From assembly GCA_038124405.1 (NCBI GenBank), contig JAYPBW010000002.1:2185-35093 (forward strand): DNA of 32,909 nt, read 5' to 3'. Shown here piece after piece: positions 8,813 through 18,789 of the stretch. Made by a program: the position numbers and the translations under genes. The stretch is from Flavobacteriaceae bacterium. Lineage in GTDB: Bacteria; Bacteroidota; Bacteroidia; Flavobacteriales; Flavobacteriaceae. Each line of letters begins with the position of its first letter. The first letter of the stretch is position 1. The notes beneath the pieces are model-generated. The model did not search any database, had not been told where the DNA came from, and saw only the letters and a program-made list of their open reading frames with translations.

Positions 8813-9535
8813 TTGTTTAAACGGAATCCATTTGGACATTACCTTTTAGTCAAACTTTGGCTTATCCGTTTGTTGGGGTTTATTACACGTAGGCGTTTCA
8901 ATAAATTTAACAACCTTCACATTAGAGGCTCTGAGATTATTCGTCAGCTTCCAGAAAAAAATGTGTTATTCATTTCCAACCATCAAACATATTTTGCTGA
9001 CGTAACCGCTATGATGCATGTTTTTTTTGCCAGTTTAGCAGGTCGTGATGACAATCTAAACTACTTGAGTTACATATGGCGTCCAAAATTAAATGTGTAC
9101 TATATCGCAGCTAAGGAAACCATGAAAGCAGGTTTACTGCCTCGTATTCTTGCTTATACAGGTTCCATTTCTATTGAACGCACATGGCGCGAAAAAGGAA
9201 AATCAATAAACCGTCAAGTTAAAATGAGTGATATTTCAAATATTGGAAAAGCGCTTAACGACGGTTGGGTAATCACTTTTCCTCAAGGAACTACAAAGCC
9301 CTTTGCTCCAGTAAGAAAAGGTACTTTGCACATTATCAAAACCTATAAGCCGGTTGTGGTTCCCATACAAATAGATGGATTTAGAAGATCGTTTGATAAA
9401 AAAGGAATCTTTATAAAAAAGAAGGGCATCAAGCAGACCATGCATATAAAGCCACCCATCACACTAGGCATGGAGGCCTCCAACGATGAATTAATTGCTC
9501 AAATTACTGAAGCAATAGGGCAAACCCGAAAGTAA
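8813..9535 (+). CDS. Lysophospholipid / 1-acyl-sn-glycerol-3-phosphate acyltransferase family protein (PlsC-like)
   Basis: HX4D acyltransferase motif NHQTYFAD and a later FPQGT block. An in-frame TGA at 8807-8809 and the absence of any ATG before the catalytic motif force a TTG start at 8813. Confidence 0.8.
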   Translation: MFKRNPFGHYLLVKLWLIRLLGFITRRRFNKFNNLHIRGSEIIRQLPEKNVLFISNHQTYFADVTAMMHVFFASLAGRDDNLNYLSYIWRPKLNVYYIAAKETMKAGLLPRILAYTGSISIERTWREKGKSINRQVKMSDISNIGKALNDGWVITFPQGTTKPFAPVRKGTLHIIKTYKPVVVPIQIDGFRRSFDKKGIFIKKKGIKQTMHIKPPITLGMEASNDELIAQITEAIGQTRK

Positions 9536-9538
9536 AAG

Positions 9539-10039
9539 CTACTCAACAATTCCAGCGCAACTAACACGTGCTCCAGCAGCTCCAGAGGGTTGTGAAACAA
9601 AATCGTCCGCACCTTGATGCACAATGATGGCTTTACCTAAAATGTTTTTTGTTTCATCATCACATCCTATACACCATTCATCGGTTTCAAAATAAACACG
9701 GCCAATTCCGTCAACTCCAACTTCAAAATTTCCGATATCCCCTTTGTGATATCCTTTGCTATTGCCCCATGCGCCGTGCGGCTTAAAAGTAGGGTTCCAA
9801 TGCCCACCTGTTGAAGTACCATCATCTGAAGAGCAGTCTGCTTTTTCGTGAAGGTGAATAGCGTGTGTCCCTTCCGACAAACCCCGTATGGTTACACTCA
9901 GTTGAACCCTTCCATTTTTTTCAGTTAACAAGGCAAAACCTGTTGCTTCAGAACCACTTTTTGGGTTTAATCCAATTTCTAATTGACTATGTTGACAACT
10001 GCAAAAGCCAATAACGAGTAAGAACACAATTTTTTTCAT
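9539..10039 (-). CDS. sodC: Superoxide dismutase [Cu-Zn], lipoprotein
   Basis: Lipobox VIGFCSC and the metal-ligand blocks HAIHLHEKADC, GGHWNP, GDIGN and IIVHQGADD. Confidence 0.93.
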   Translation of the reverse strand: MKKIVFLLVIGFCSCQHSQLEIGLNPKSGSEATGFALLTEKNGRVQLSVTIRGLSEGTHAIHLHEKADCSSDDGTSTGGHWNPTFKPHGAWGNSKGYHKGDIGNFEVGVDGIGRVYFETDEWCIGCDDETKNILGKAIIVHQGADDFVSQPSGAAGARVSCAGIVE

Positions 10040-10075
10040 GATTCTAATGTACGTAAAATTAAAACGATTTCTAAT

Positions 10076-10828
10076 TTACTGTGTCAAGTACGGTACAAGT
10101 TTGTCGTAATAGCGTTGGGCTATAAACTGTGCCCCTTGCAGATTGTAATGGATGTTGTCGGCTAAAAAATCATCCTTAAAACCTGTTGCCATATCTACAG
10201 GAACAACCAGTGAAGTGGTGTTTGTTTGGGTGTTCGCAATATCTTCAATAAGGTCATGAATTTGGTTAAAAGAAGCTGTTAATTCAGCATCCATGAAACT
10301 TGTTTTTCCTGGTGCTAGTTGCTCAATCAGGATTATTATATTTGGATTATATGCTTGTAGCTTGTCAATAATAGCATTGATGTTTGGGATTATTTCCGAA
10401 AGGGGTATTCCTTGTAAAGCATCATTGCCTCCAGGTGAACTGAAAAGCACAATATCTGGTTTTTCAGTTATTTCGAGCCATCCTTCTAAGTTGTTGTTTA
10501 TTCGTTCAGCGGTCCAACCCGATCGTCCCTCGTGATCACTATCAAAACAAAAGCCACCAAAAGCTTCATATATCGAAATGTCTTTTTGTGTTCCAACAAA
10601 GTCAATACTCCAGTTTTCATTAACTAGTTCTTTCCAAAGTGGGTATCTGTAGCTTTCGAAGTAAGGTCGGAATCCCTGAACCCTTGAAGCTCCCAGTGGC
10701 ATAATTTTGATTGTTCCCGTACTTTGTTTGCACGGTCCATCATCCAAATCACTTTCATCCGATGTTGTACATCCAATAGATGTAAGGGCAAAAAAGATAA
10801 GCGTAAAAAAAAGATAAAATCTATTCAC
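10076..10828 (-). CDS. SGNH/GDSL-family hydrolase, lipoprotein
   Basis: Lipobox LTSIGC. SGNH blocks are present: IMPLGASRVQG (Ser nucleophile), GRSGW, GGNDAL and DNIHYN (Asp-x-x-His). GTG start. Confidence 0.8.
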   Translation of the reverse strand: MNRFYLFFTLIFFALTSIGCTTSDESDLDDGPCKQSTGTIKIMPLGASRVQGFRPYFESYRYPLWKELVNENWSIDFVGTQKDISIYEAFGGFCFDSDHEGRSGWTAERINNNLEGWLEITEKPDIVLFSSPGGNDALQGIPLSEIIPNINAIIDKLQAYNPNIIILIEQLAPGKTSFMDAELTASFNQIHDLIEDIANTQTNTTSLVVPVDMATGFKDDFLADNIHYNLQGAQFIAQRYYDKLVPYLTQ

Positions 10829-10912
10829 TTTAAACTTTAATCAAAAGTTATACCAAGTTTATGTTAGGGTGCATATTAATTAAAATTGCTGATATTTGGA
10901 CAAAGAATTGCT

Positions 10913-11908
10913 ATGAATCCACTAAAGTTTGTTTTGTTGGGTATTATTGTTTTGTGCTTTACTTCATGTGGAGTTCAATACCGTACGGCCCCTTTTACTG
11001 CTATAGAAACACCTGTTTCTTATTCCAAACTTTCTAATTGGGCAGTCTATGCAGGAACATCGATAACAGGTGAAAAAGTGGGTGATAGTTCTATGGCAGC
11101 AGCCGATGTCTTTTTTGTATATCCCACATTGTTAACCAGTAAAAAAGATACGCGTTGGAATGCGCCGATTAACGATAGCATTATTAATTCTGATGTCCTA
11201 AAATGGATTATTCCATATCAAGCATCGGCATGGGCTGATGCTGGACGGCTTTTTGTTCCTTATTATAGGCAAAATCATTACCGCGCCTTTTTCGAACCAT
11301 ATGCCGAACAAGGTGGGTTAGCAGCACAACAAATAGCGTATGCCGACGTAAAAGAAGCTTTTGAGTATTATTTGACTCATGAAAACAATGGACGTCCCAT
11401 TATTTTAGCGGGTCACAGCCAAGGAGCAATACATCTAAAAAAAATTGTGCAAGAGTTTTTTGATGATAGGGAATTACAGCAACAATTGGTAGCAGCATAT
11501 TTGGTTGGAACAAAAGTAAAACCAGATGAATTTATAAACGTAAAACCACTTTCCAGCCCTAATGCTACGGGAGGTTATATAAGTTGGAATAGTTATAAAA
11601 TGAACAACTTGCCAAAATATGCCGACTGGTATAAAGGTGCTACAACCACAAACCCTGTTACTTGGAATGACATTAACACTAGTGATTTTACCCAGCATAA
11701 GGGCTTGAAATATTATAATGAAGAAATTATTTCTTCTTGTTTAGAAGTTGAAGTTACTGACGGATTACTTTGGGTGAGTTTGCCAAAAGTTCCCAAACGG
11801 TTTTGGGTTTCCTTTATAAAGGACTATCACAGATTTGATGTCACTTTTTTTTGGCAAGACATCCATCTCAACGCAAAACAACGCGTTGGTGCTTTTCTAA
11901 AAAAATAA
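10913..11908 (+). CDS. DUF3089-like alpha/beta-hydrolase-fold lipoprotein
   Basis: Lipobox VLCFTSCG and the strings DVFFVYPT, VPYYRQ and the nucleophile-elbow-like GHSQGA. I prefer the ATG at 10913; the ORF track starts at TTG 10886. Confidence 0.65.
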   Translation: MNPLKFVLLGIIVLCFTSCGVQYRTAPFTAIETPVSYSKLSNWAVYAGTSITGEKVGDSSMAAADVFFVYPTLLTSKKDTRWNAPINDSIINSDVLKWIIPYQASAWADAGRLFVPYYRQNHYRAFFEPYAEQGGLAAQQIAYADVKEAFEYYLTHENNGRPIILAGHSQGAIHLKKIVQEFFDDRELQQQLVAAYLVGTKVKPDEFINVKPLSSPNATGGYISWNSYKMNNLPKYADWYKGATTTNPVTWNDINTSDFTQHKGLKYYNEEIISSCLEVEVTDGLLWVSLPKVPKRFWVSFIKDYHRFDVTFFWQDIHLNAKQRVGAFLKK

Positions 11909-11913
11909 ATAGG

Positions 11914-12240
11914 TTATGGTGCCTCAGGGGCAAGCCTAACTTTTACACCTTCAAGACCTGGAGTAATTGGTATTTGACATCCCAATCTAGAATTTCTTTC
12001 TACAAAATAGGCTTCGTCAAGCATTGCCTCTTCATCATCATTTCGTTCACCAAAATGCTCATCGGTTAGAATATATACTTGGCATGAAGCACACATAGCC
12101 ATGCCACCACAAATTCCTTCAACAGGTAGTTCATAGCCCTTACAAACCTCCATTAAATTTAGATTCATATCTGTAGGAACAGAAAATTTGTGTTCAGTTC
12201 CTTCCCTGTCTATAACGGTAATATTGATATCTACACTCAC
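11914..12240 (-). CDS. [2Fe-2S] ferredoxin, adrenodoxin/putidaredoxin (vertebrate) type
   Basis: Cluster ligand pattern C-x5-C-x2-C (CGGMAMCASC) plus a distal LGCQ. The GTG start overlaps the TAG stop of the upstream reductase gene by 1 nt. Confidence 0.88.
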   Translation of the reverse strand: MSVDINITVIDREGTEHKFSVPTDMNLNLMEVCKGYELPVEGICGGMAMCASCQVYILTDEHFGERNDDEEAMLDEAYFVERNSRLGCQIPITPGLEGVKVRLAPEAP

Positions 12241-13271
12241 TACTTTACGGTTTGCTTTTGTTGTTGTTCTTCAAAGCCCTGCACCCCTTGTACAGTTGTA
12301 TATTTTAGTGTGAATTTTTTGTCAGGATTTATGATTTTATAGGCTGTTTGTACAGCGAGAGTGGCTTCGTGGAAGCCACATAGAATAAGCTTTAATTTTC
12401 CTGGATAGGTATTGACATCTCCAATTGCAAAAATCCCAGGTCTATTCGTCTGGTAGTCAAATGTGTCTACTACAATAGCATTTTTTTCAATATCTAATCC
12501 CCAATCTCCAATGGGGCCAAGTTTTGGAGATAATCCAAATAAGGGAAACCATAAATCAGTTGCAACCGTTGTTTGTTCTTCTTTGTTATGGATTACAACA
12601 GCGTTTAACGAGTCGGCTCCTTTTAATTCTTTTACCTCTGCAAATGTGTGAAGTTTCATTTTTCCTTCGGCTGCCAATTCGTGTGCTCTAGATACAGAGT
12701 CTTTGTGTGCTCTAAAACGATCACTTCTATGTACTAAATGAACAAAACTTCCTTTTTCGGCAAAATAAATAGCCCAGTCAAGTGCCGAATCTCCACCACC
12801 AGAAATAACCATATCGATACCTTCAAATTGATCTGGGTCTTTCACAATGTACCGAACGCCTTTGTCTTCAAAGTCGCCAATGTTAGCAATGAGAGGTTTC
12901 CTAGGTTCAAAACTTCCTAGCCCACCCGCGATCATAACTACAGGTGCGTGGTGTGGTGTTCCCTTATTGGTGGTAACCACAAAGGAACCATCTTCTTGCT
13001 TTTCTATACTGTCTGCACGTTCACCTAAAGTAAAACCTGGCTTAAATGGCGCTGCTTGCTCCATTAATTTGTCAACTAATTCTCCAGCAAGCACAGAAGG
13101 ATACCCCGGAATGTCGTAAATAGGTTTTTTGGGATATATTTCTGAGAGTTGCCCTCCGGGTTGAGGAATGGCATCTATAAGATGGCAACGAAGTTTCATG
13201 AGTCCCGCTTCAAATATGGCAAAAAGGCCAACTGGTCCAGCTCCAATTATAATGATATCGGTTTTAATCAT
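12240..13271 (-). CDS. Thioredoxin-reductase-like ferredoxin-NADP(+) reductase (YumC / Chlorobaculum FNR type)
   Basis: Two dinucleotide-binding motifs (IIIGAGPVGLFA and VISGGGDSALDWA). It lacks the CxxC redox pair found in the genuine trxB of this window, and a ferredoxin gene follows immediately. Confidence 0.82.
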   Translation of the reverse strand: MIKTDIIIIGAGPVGLFAIFEAGLMKLRCHLIDAIPQPGGQLSEIYPKKPIYDIPGYPSVLAGELVDKLMEQAAPFKPGFTLGERADSIEKQEDGSFVVTTNKGTPHHAPVVMIAGGLGSFEPRKPLIANIGDFEDKGVRYIVKDPDQFEGIDMVISGGGDSALDWAIYFAEKGSFVHLVHRSDRFRAHKDSVSRAHELAAEGKMKLHTFAEVKELKGADSLNAVVIHNKEEQTTVATDLWFPLFGLSPKLGPIGDWGLDIEKNAIVVDTFDYQTNRPGIFAIGDVNTYPGKLKLILCGFHEATLAVQTAYKIINPDKKFTLKYTTVQGVQGFEEQQQKQTVK

Positions 13272-13839
13272 TTTTTTCGAGTAATTTTTCTGTTAATACG
13301 TTCATAGCTGCAATTTTTTGCTCAAAATCACCCTTTAGGCTATTTCGATAAACATAAAGTTTATCTAATAATGCGTTAGTTTCATCTGGCAAAAAGCCTT
13401 CTAGCCACTGGCGCATTCGTTTTGCTAAAGTAGGGGATTTTCCGTTTGTTGAAATAGCTACTTTTAAATTCCCTTTTGTTACAATACCGCCCATATAAAA
13501 GTCACAAAGCGGAGGATTATCTGCCACATTTACTAAAATATGTTTCTTTCTGCACAGATGATAAACCCTGGTGTTTACTTTCGGTACATCTGTTGTGGCA
13601 ATAACAATGTTTTTATCTTTTAAAAATCTACGCTTAAAGCTGCTATGGATTACTGTTACATTTTTGTTTTTGATAAATTCTTTTGTCTCCTTACGCACCA
13701 TTGGGCTCACCAGAGTCACGTTTGCATTGGGAGAGGATTTAAAAAGGAATTGTAACTTTTCAAGTGCAACAAAACCACCTCCCACAATGAGAACTTTTAG
13801 TTGTTCTGTTTTTAAAAAAATAGGGTATAGGGTGTTCAT
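13264..13839 (-). CDS. Precorrin-2 dehydrogenase / sirohydrochlorin ferrochelatase (SirC/Met8/CysG N-terminal-domain type)
   Basis: Rossmann motif VLIVGGGFVALEKL and a size typical of siroheme synthase N-terminal-domain proteins. I prefer the ATG at 13839, which overlaps the cobA TGA stop (ATGA). The ORF track starts at 13869. Confidence 0.8.
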   Translation of the reverse strand: MNTLYPIFLKTEQLKVLIVGGGFVALEKLQFLFKSSPNANVTLVSPMVRKETKEFIKNKNVTVIHSSFKRRFLKDKNIVIATTDVPKVNTRVYHLCRKKHILVNVADNPPLCDFYMGGIVTKGNLKVAISTNGKSPTLAKRMRQWLEGFLPDETNALLDKLYVYRNSLKGDFEQKIAAMNVLTEKLLEKND

Positions 13840-14597
13840 GCGTACTGCAGCTCTTCTTGAATTTTCCACAATGATGTTTGGTCTTCAACGGCGTGTCCCA
13901 CAAATATGGTAGCTGGATTGCTTATGCCTTCTTCTTTAACGCGAGTAGCAATCGTATTTAAGGTTCCTTTCACCCATTTTTCGTTTGGTAATGTTCCGTT
14001 TTGAACAATAGCAACTGGAAAATCAGCAGACTTATACTTTTTAAAAATGCTCATAATTTCCTCAAGGTGAGTCATGCCCATAAGGATAACAACCGTAGCT
14101 GAAGATTTTGCCGCATGACTAATATCTTCCGACGGTTTCCCGTCACATGTATATCCAGTAGTAACCCAAATACTTTCAAATTGACAACGCCTAGTAAGGG
14201 GAATTCGGTGTGCAGCCGCAATACCTGTAAATGAAGAAATTCCAGGGATAAGTTTAGCAAATATTCCAAAGCGTTCAGCATGCGCAATTTCCTCTGCAGC
14301 GCGCGCAAAAACAGAGACATCACCTCCTTTTAATCTAACTACGTTTTTTCCTTCTTTAACAAAATCGACTAGCATCCTGTTAATTTCTGCTTGCTTAAAA
14401 GAATGCTCTCCTTTTCTTTTTCCCACAAAAAAGTGCTTTCCAATAGTGTTGTGTGAAAGGATTTCCGCATTGACCAATGCATCATAAAGAATAACATCTG
14501 CTTCTTTAATGATGTTAATTCCCTTGACAGTAATTAATTCGGGGTCTCCGGGACCAGCCCCAACAATGGTAAGACTGCCGCTAGTTTTTTTGTGCAT
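13836..14597 (-). CDS. cobA: Uroporphyrinogen-III C-methyltransferase (SUMT)
   Basis: Motifs IVGAGPGDPELITVKG, VVRLKGGD and IPGISS, typical of the tetrapyrrole methylase family. Confidence 0.9.
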   Translation of the reverse strand: MHKKTSGSLTIVGAGPGDPELITVKGINIIKEADVILYDALVNAEILSHNTIGKHFFVGKRKGEHSFKQAEINRMLVDFVKEGKNVVRLKGGDVSVFARAAEEIAHAERFGIFAKLIPGISSFTGIAAAHRIPLTRRCQFESIWVTTGYTCDGKPSEDISHAAKSSATVVILMGMTHLEEIMSIFKKYKSADFPVAIVQNGTLPNEKWVKGTLNTIATRVKEEGISNPATIFVGHAVEDQTSLWKIQEELQYA

Positions 14598-16653
14598 TTC
14601 TAACGTTTTTTATCCATTCTATTACATGTTTTGCCTCTCGCAGGTATATTTTAGCAAACGATTCACTAGGCGAAGTACTGTTTAGTAGTCGTGTAATGTT
14701 CCCAAAGGTGTCATTCTCTATGCTACTGTAACTTGGAAAATGAGTTTCAAAAGCATCTACAATAGAGTGATGCGAGTTTATTTTTGCTGCGCGTGTAGTG
14801 AGAAGCGCTTTGGCTGCGCGAATTCTACCTGCATAACTATAATATATACTATTTGCCCATGCATTATTTTCAAGAGCCATTTTAGCTTTTTCAAGATGCT
14901 CTTCGGCGTCAAATAATAATGTCTGGACCAAGTCTATGGTTACCCCAGCACATTCTCCAACTCCAATAGCTTTTTTATACACATCTTCATTTCCCCAATC
15001 TATGAAATCACTTTCTTGAAGTATTGATGTGTCTGCATAACCTTTTAGGTTTTGATAGAAATAATCCGTCTCTTTTCTTAGGTAATATTGTAGAAAGGTT
15101 TCGTTTGACTCGGCGTTTGTGTCAAAATCTTCCAATAACCAACGCAATACCTCAGGTGTACGTTTTGCAGGAACTTTTAGCGCCTTGTCTGCGTATCGAC
15201 CTTCTCCATTTCCTAATACACCACCACCAAGAAGTACTTGTGTAGCAGGCGCAATATTTCCATTTGATTTTACCGTCATACCTTGAAACCCAATATCGGC
15301 AATGGCATGCTGCCCGCAAGCATTCATACAGCCACTAATTTTAATGGTTAGGTTATGTTTTGTAATCACATCAGGATATTCTTGTTCAATAACGCACTGC
15401 AGTTCATTCGCTAATCCCATACTACTCGCAATTCCTAAATTACAAGTATCTGTTCCAGGACAAGCAACAATATCATTTATTTTGTGAAAACCAGGTTTGG
15501 CTAAATCAAGTTGAACTAGTGCCTGGTACAGCGCTTCAAGATTAGATTCTTTAATTCCACGAAGTAAGATGCTTTGTCCAATTGTAAAACGTAAATCGTC
15601 TCCACAAAATGCTTCTACCACTTCTGCCAGAGCTCTCGCTTTATCAGATGAAATATCTCCAGTTTTGATAGGAAGTCCAACTGAAACAAAACCAGATTGT
15701 TTTTGTGAAAACACATTGCTTGCTTTCCAGTTTTCATAGATTTCATTAGGCATGTCGCTTACTGCAAAATCCTCGGTTTGCTTTAGCTCAATTTGTATAT
15801 CAGGTATAGCTATCTTTTTTGGGCTAATAGCTCTATAAACTTCATTGACACGTTCATTGAACGTATCAAATCCCTGTTCTTTAATTAAGAACTTCATTCG
15901 TGCTTTGTTGCGTCTATTTCGCTCTCCATACTGATCGAATACACGAACAACAGCCTCGCTAAAAGGGATAAATTCCTTTACTGAAATAAATTCTTTAATA
16001 ACATCTGCAACTCGTGGTTGAGCACCAATACCACCGCCTACTAGCATTTTAAAACCACGCTTATTGTTTTTTATAACAGGTATAAATCCAATGTCGTGCG
16101 TAAAAGTTATGGCGTCATCTTTTGCTGAACTTGAAAATGCAATTTTTATTTTTCTTCCCATGTCCTGACAAATAGGATTGCGTAAGAAATACTGAAAAAA
16201 TGCATGCGCATAAGGCGTAACATCAAAAGGTTCATTAGGGTCTATCCCTGCCATCGCAGATGCCGTAATATTTCGGATCGTATTACCGCACGCCTCTCTC
16301 ATGGTGATGTCATCTTGTTCAAGTTCTGCCCATAGCTCAGGCGTTCTATCTAAAGAGACGTAGTGAATTTGAATGTCTTGGCGTGTTGTGATGTGCAAGT
16401 TTCCATTGGAATATTCGTCGGAAACCGCGGCAATTCTTCGCAATTGTTTGGAGCTACATTTCCCATAAGGAATCTTTATGCGCACCATTTGAACACCTTG
16501 CTGCCGTTGTCCATAAACGCCTCTGGCTAGACGAAGACTTCTAAACTTTTCCTCATCCATTTTTCCTTCCTTGAAAGCAAAAATTTTCTGCTCAAGTTCT
16601 AGAATATCATGTTCAACAATGGGGTCTTCTATCTCAGTTCTAAAACTTCTCAT
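14581..16653 (-). CDS. sir: Assimilatory sulfite reductase hemoprotein, ferredoxin-dependent (NirA/Sir) type, with a C-terminal extension of about 120 aa
   Basis: Siroheme-[4Fe-4S] cysteine motifs CPGTDTC (C398, C404) and CMNAC (C442, C446) and duplicated nitrite/sulfite reductase repeats. It is embedded between cysN and the siroheme synthesis genes. Residues 571-690 lie beyond the expected core. Confidence 0.88.
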   Translation of the reverse strand: MRSFRTEIEDPIVEHDILELEQKIFAFKEGKMDEEKFRSLRLARGVYGQRQQGVQMVRIKIPYGKCSSKQLRRIAAVSDEYSNGNLHITTRQDIQIHYVSLDRTPELWAELEQDDITMREACGNTIRNITASAMAGIDPNEPFDVTPYAHAFFQYFLRNPICQDMGRKIKIAFSSSAKDDAITFTHDIGFIPVIKNNKRGFKMLVGGGIGAQPRVADVIKEFISVKEFIPFSEAVVRVFDQYGERNRRNKARMKFLIKEQGFDTFNERVNEVYRAISPKKIAIPDIQIELKQTEDFAVSDMPNEIYENWKASNVFSQKQSGFVSVGLPIKTGDISSDKARALAEVVEAFCGDDLRFTIGQSILLRGIKESNLEALYQALVQLDLAKPGFHKINDIVACPGTDTCNLGIASSMGLANELQCVIEQEYPDVITKHNLTIKISGCMNACGQHAIADIGFQGMTVKSNGNIAPATQVLLGGGVLGNGEGRYADKALKVPAKRTPEVLRWLLEDFDTNAESNETFLQYYLRKETDYFYQNLKGYADTSILQESDFIDWGNEDVYKKAIGVGECAGVTIDLVQTLLFDAEEHLEKAKMALENNAWANSIYYSYAGRIRAAKALLTTRAAKINSHHSIVDAFETHFPSYSSIENDTFGNITRLLNSTSPSESFAKIYLREAKHVIEWIKNVRNAQKN

Positions 16654-17897
16654 GCGGTTTCAATAAATCCAACACCTGCGGTGTTGTATGTTTGTGGGTC
16701 AATTAAAATAAAGGATCCTAATGCTGGATTGTCTTTGTAGGGCTTTGTAGCCAAAGGTTGTGCCATTGCTAAGGCTCCTTTTCCAATATCGTTTAGCTCT
16801 AGTTGATTTGCCTGACTTTGCTCTAAAGCCTCTAAATCTATTTTTGAGCGCACACTTTGTATTTTTACTAAACTTCGTTGAATACCTTGCTGCAACCAGT
16901 ATTTGTTTCCAACAGAAAGTGGCGTGTCTTGCATCCAACAGAATGTTGCGCTTACACTTTTCCCACGATTTACATTAGCACTTTCATTTAAAATACTGTC
17001 TCCTCTAGAGGCGTCAATCTCATCAACTAATAAAATAGTACCATTTTCTCCAGATTCAAGTTTTTCAACTGTAGTGCCGTATTTCTCAATTCGTTTAATT
17101 ACACTTTTTCTTCCAGAAGGATGAATATTTACTGGATCGCCCACAGAAAAACTTCCCGAGCGTACATTTCCTGCAAATCCACGATAATCGTGTAATTCTT
17201 CTCGTTTTGGACGAATGACATATTGAATTTGGAATGCACCATCAGAGGCTTCATTGCTTTCTATTGGAAGGGACTCGATCAACTCTAATAAAGGGCTTCC
17301 TGAATACCAGTTTAGTTTTTCAGATGAAGCCATGATGTTTTCATTGTATAAAGCTGATACGGGAGTATAGAAGTATGTAACTCCTTTATTTCCATGTTTT
17401 TCAGCGAGGTCTTCAAGTGTTTTTTTGATGTTTTCAAATACTTCTTGGCTATAATCTACCAAGTCCATTTTATTCACCGCAAAAATGATTTGTTTTATGC
17501 CCAACAATTGAGCAATAAAAAAGTGACGCTTCGTTTGTTCTATTACTCCTTTTCTAGCGTCAAGCAAAATGATAGTTGCTTGCGCGTTAGAAGTTCCAGT
17601 AACCATGTTTCTGGTGTATTCTACGTGTCCGGGCGAATCAGCAATTATAAATCTCCTTTTCGGTGTAGAAAAAAATATATGCGATACGTCTATAGTTATA
17701 CCTTGCTCTCTTTCGGTTAGAAGTCCGTCGGTAGCAAGTGAAAGATCTAAATACCCAAATCCACGAGCTTCGCTTCTTTCTTCAATATGCTGAATTTGAT
17801 CCGTTTTTAGTGAACCAGTTTCGTACAATAGTCTACCAATTAATGTGCTTTTTCCATCATCAACACTACCAGCAGTTGCAATTTTGATTAGTTCCAT
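16650..17897 (-). CDS. cysN: Sulfate adenylyltransferase subunit 1 (GTPase), without a fused APS kinase domain
   Basis: G1 motif GSVDDGKSTLIGRL, DSPGH and NKMD. At 415 aa there is no C-terminal CysC domain. Confidence 0.93.
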   Translation of the reverse strand: MELIKIATAGSVDDGKSTLIGRLLYETGSLKTDQIQHIEERSEARGFGYLDLSLATDGLLTEREQGITIDVSHIFFSTPKRRFIIADSPGHVEYTRNMVTGTSNAQATIILLDARKGVIEQTKRHFFIAQLLGIKQIIFAVNKMDLVDYSQEVFENIKKTLEDLAEKHGNKGVTYFYTPVSALYNENIMASSEKLNWYSGSPLLELIESLPIESNEASDGAFQIQYVIRPKREELHDYRGFAGNVRSGSFSVGDPVNIHPSGRKSVIKRIEKYGTTVEKLESGENGTILLVDEIDASRGDSILNESANVNRGKSVSATFCWMQDTPLSVGNKYWLQQGIQRSLVKIQSVRSKIDLEALEQSQANQLELNDIGKGALAMAQPLATKPYKDNPALGSFILIDPQTYNTAGVGFIETA

Positions 17898-17898
17898 A

Positions 17899-18789
17899 TT
17901 AAAAATATCCTACTTTTTTACGTTCCTCCATAGCTCCTTCAGACCTTTTGTCGTCCATACGTGCTCCTCGCTCCGAAACATTAGACCCTCCAATTTCATT
18001 TATGATTGTATCAAGTTCTGTTGCTTCAGAGAGTACAGCAGCAGTACAACTCATATCGCCCACAGTTCGAAATCGTACTGACGTATGTTTTCGTTTATCT
18101 GTTTCGGCTACATGTACAAACTCAGAAACAGGCATCCATTGATTGTCACGCATGAAAACCTCACGTTTGTGTGCATAATATATTGAAGGAATTTCCAGCT
18201 TTTCCTCTTTAATGTAATGCCAAACATCCAGTTCGGTCCAGTTACTAATAGGAAATACACGAACATTTTCTCCATTGTGAATCATACCGTTTAACATGTC
18301 AAACAGTTCTGGGCGTTGTAGTTTTTCATTCCATTGACCAAAATCGTCTCTGACAGAGAACACGCGCTCTTTTGCACGTGCCTTCTCTTCGTCTCGGCGT
18401 GCACCACCCATACAAGCATCAAATTTGTGCTTTTCAATGGTGTTTAATAGTGTAGTGGTTTGCAAGCTATTACGACTTGCATGCCTCCCTTTTTCTTCCA
18501 CTACGTTGCCCGCATCAATATCATCCTGCACATGCCCAACGATGAGTCTGAGCCCGTGCTCTTCCACAAGCTTATCCCTAAGTTCAATGGTTTCTGGAAA
18601 GTTATGCCCCGTATCTATGTGTACTAGCGGAAATGGAATGGCTGCTGGAGCAAAAGCTTTTCTTGCTAAATGCAACAAGGTAATGGAGTCTTTTCCACCT
18701 GAAAAAAGTAGACAAGGATTGTCAAACTGACCTGCTACTTCTCTTATGATATAAATAGATTCTTCTTCTAATTGTTTAAGGATGCTCAT
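17899..18789 (-). CDS. cysD: Sulfate adenylyltransferase subunit 2
   Basis: PP-loop SGGKDS, and the strings LVHIDTGHNFPE and RFRTVGD are typical of CysD. Confidence 0.93.
   Translation of the reverse strand: MSILKQLEEESIYIIREVAGQFDNPCLLFSGGKDSITLLHLARKAFAPAAIPFPLVHIDTGHNFPETIELRDKLVEEHGLRLIVGHVQDDIDAGNVVEEKGRHASRNSLQTTTLLNTIEKHKFDACMGGARRDEEKARAKERVFSVRDDFGQWNEKLQRPELFDMLNGMIHNGENVRVFPISNWTELDVWHYIKEEKLEIPSIYYAHKREVFMRDNQWMPVSEFVHVAETDKRKHTSVRFRTVGDMSCTAAVLSEATELDTIINEIGGSNVSERGARMDDKRSEGAMEERKKVGYF

Noticed and set aside
11905-11945. Possible bidirectional terminator between the convergent DUF3089 and ferredoxin genes.
   Set aside because: The two stop codons are only 5 nt apart, and I could not find a convincing GC-rich hairpin with flanking T/A runs in or around the gap.
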